From Macrostomum hystrix (lineage: Eukaryota > Animalia > Platyhelminthes): 64,000 nucleotides of DNA. Made by a program: the position numbers and the translations under genes. The notes beneath the pieces were generated by a model. That model searched no databases. It was not told where the DNA came from and was given only the letters and a program-made list of their open reading frames with translations. The stretch covers positions 9,300,001 to 9,364,000 of the forward strand of contig CATNEN010000001.1 of assembly GCA_950097015.1 (NCBI GenBank). The letters run 5' to 3'. Positions 63,641 through 64,000 of this stretch are shown here, piece by piece (the stretch's first letter is position 1; each line of letters begins with the position of its first letter).

Positions 63641-64000
63641 GAGATTCGGTAAGTTTAATCGCTGCTTGAGGTATACACAAACTAAATTCAGTTGGTGGAG
63701 AACAATTAATGAACTTCAGTACGCCCTCACCGTTCCGATGGGAATGCACGCATGATAGAACATCAGTTTTGCTTTGTCTGCCATGTCATGTTAGTGCCTG
63801 ATTGAATGACTAAAAGTATACTTAACTCTGTTTGCCCTCTCAATTCTATAAAACCCAGCACTTTCCAACAACATCTGCGCGACACTCACCTTTGTTAGCT
63901 CCGTCAACGCTCAAGCACTTCCCTAACCTGGTTGTCTAGTACCGAACAGGCTTGAAATTTCTGAGATAACTGTTAGATACACAAGAGCTGTATTGTCTAG

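Noticed and set aside
63260-64000. Possible minus-strand exons at the window end
   Set aside because: A donor-like site exists near 63885, but I could not build a consistent open spliced frame.

Overview
Eukaryotic (animal) genomic DNA with spliceosomal GT-AG introns, not a prokaryotic sequence. The intronic minisatellites, tRNA-derived SINEs and gene style suggest a free-living flatworm such as Macrostomum (inference only). The left ~36 kb holds compact genes. On the minus strand are a reconstructed 8-exon orphan gene, intronless ATG101, NAT10 (9 exons), EXOC6/Sec15 (6 exons) and a 69-aa COMM-domain-only gene, with TEX9 head-to-head on the plus strand. Most NAT10 and EXOC6 introns carry their own 18-40 bp minisatellite, which explains many long spurious ORFs in the track. 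The right ~28 kb is a transposon-rich tandem cluster of five apparently intact genes plus one decayed copy. Each has the plan signal peptide, PAN/apple-like Cys domain (partly deleted in copy 2), then an ALK/LTK-type glycine-rich domain, with no transmembrane or kinase part. This cluster is the best candidate for an undescribed system. Embedded in it are a secreted PAN-fibrinogen (FReD) gene broken by a Ty3/Gypsy pol fragment, a decayed Crypton-type tyrosine recombinase, LINE remnants, a MITE and a 1.28-kb tRNA-headed retroposon. All gene models were spliced and translated by eye; no database search was run.
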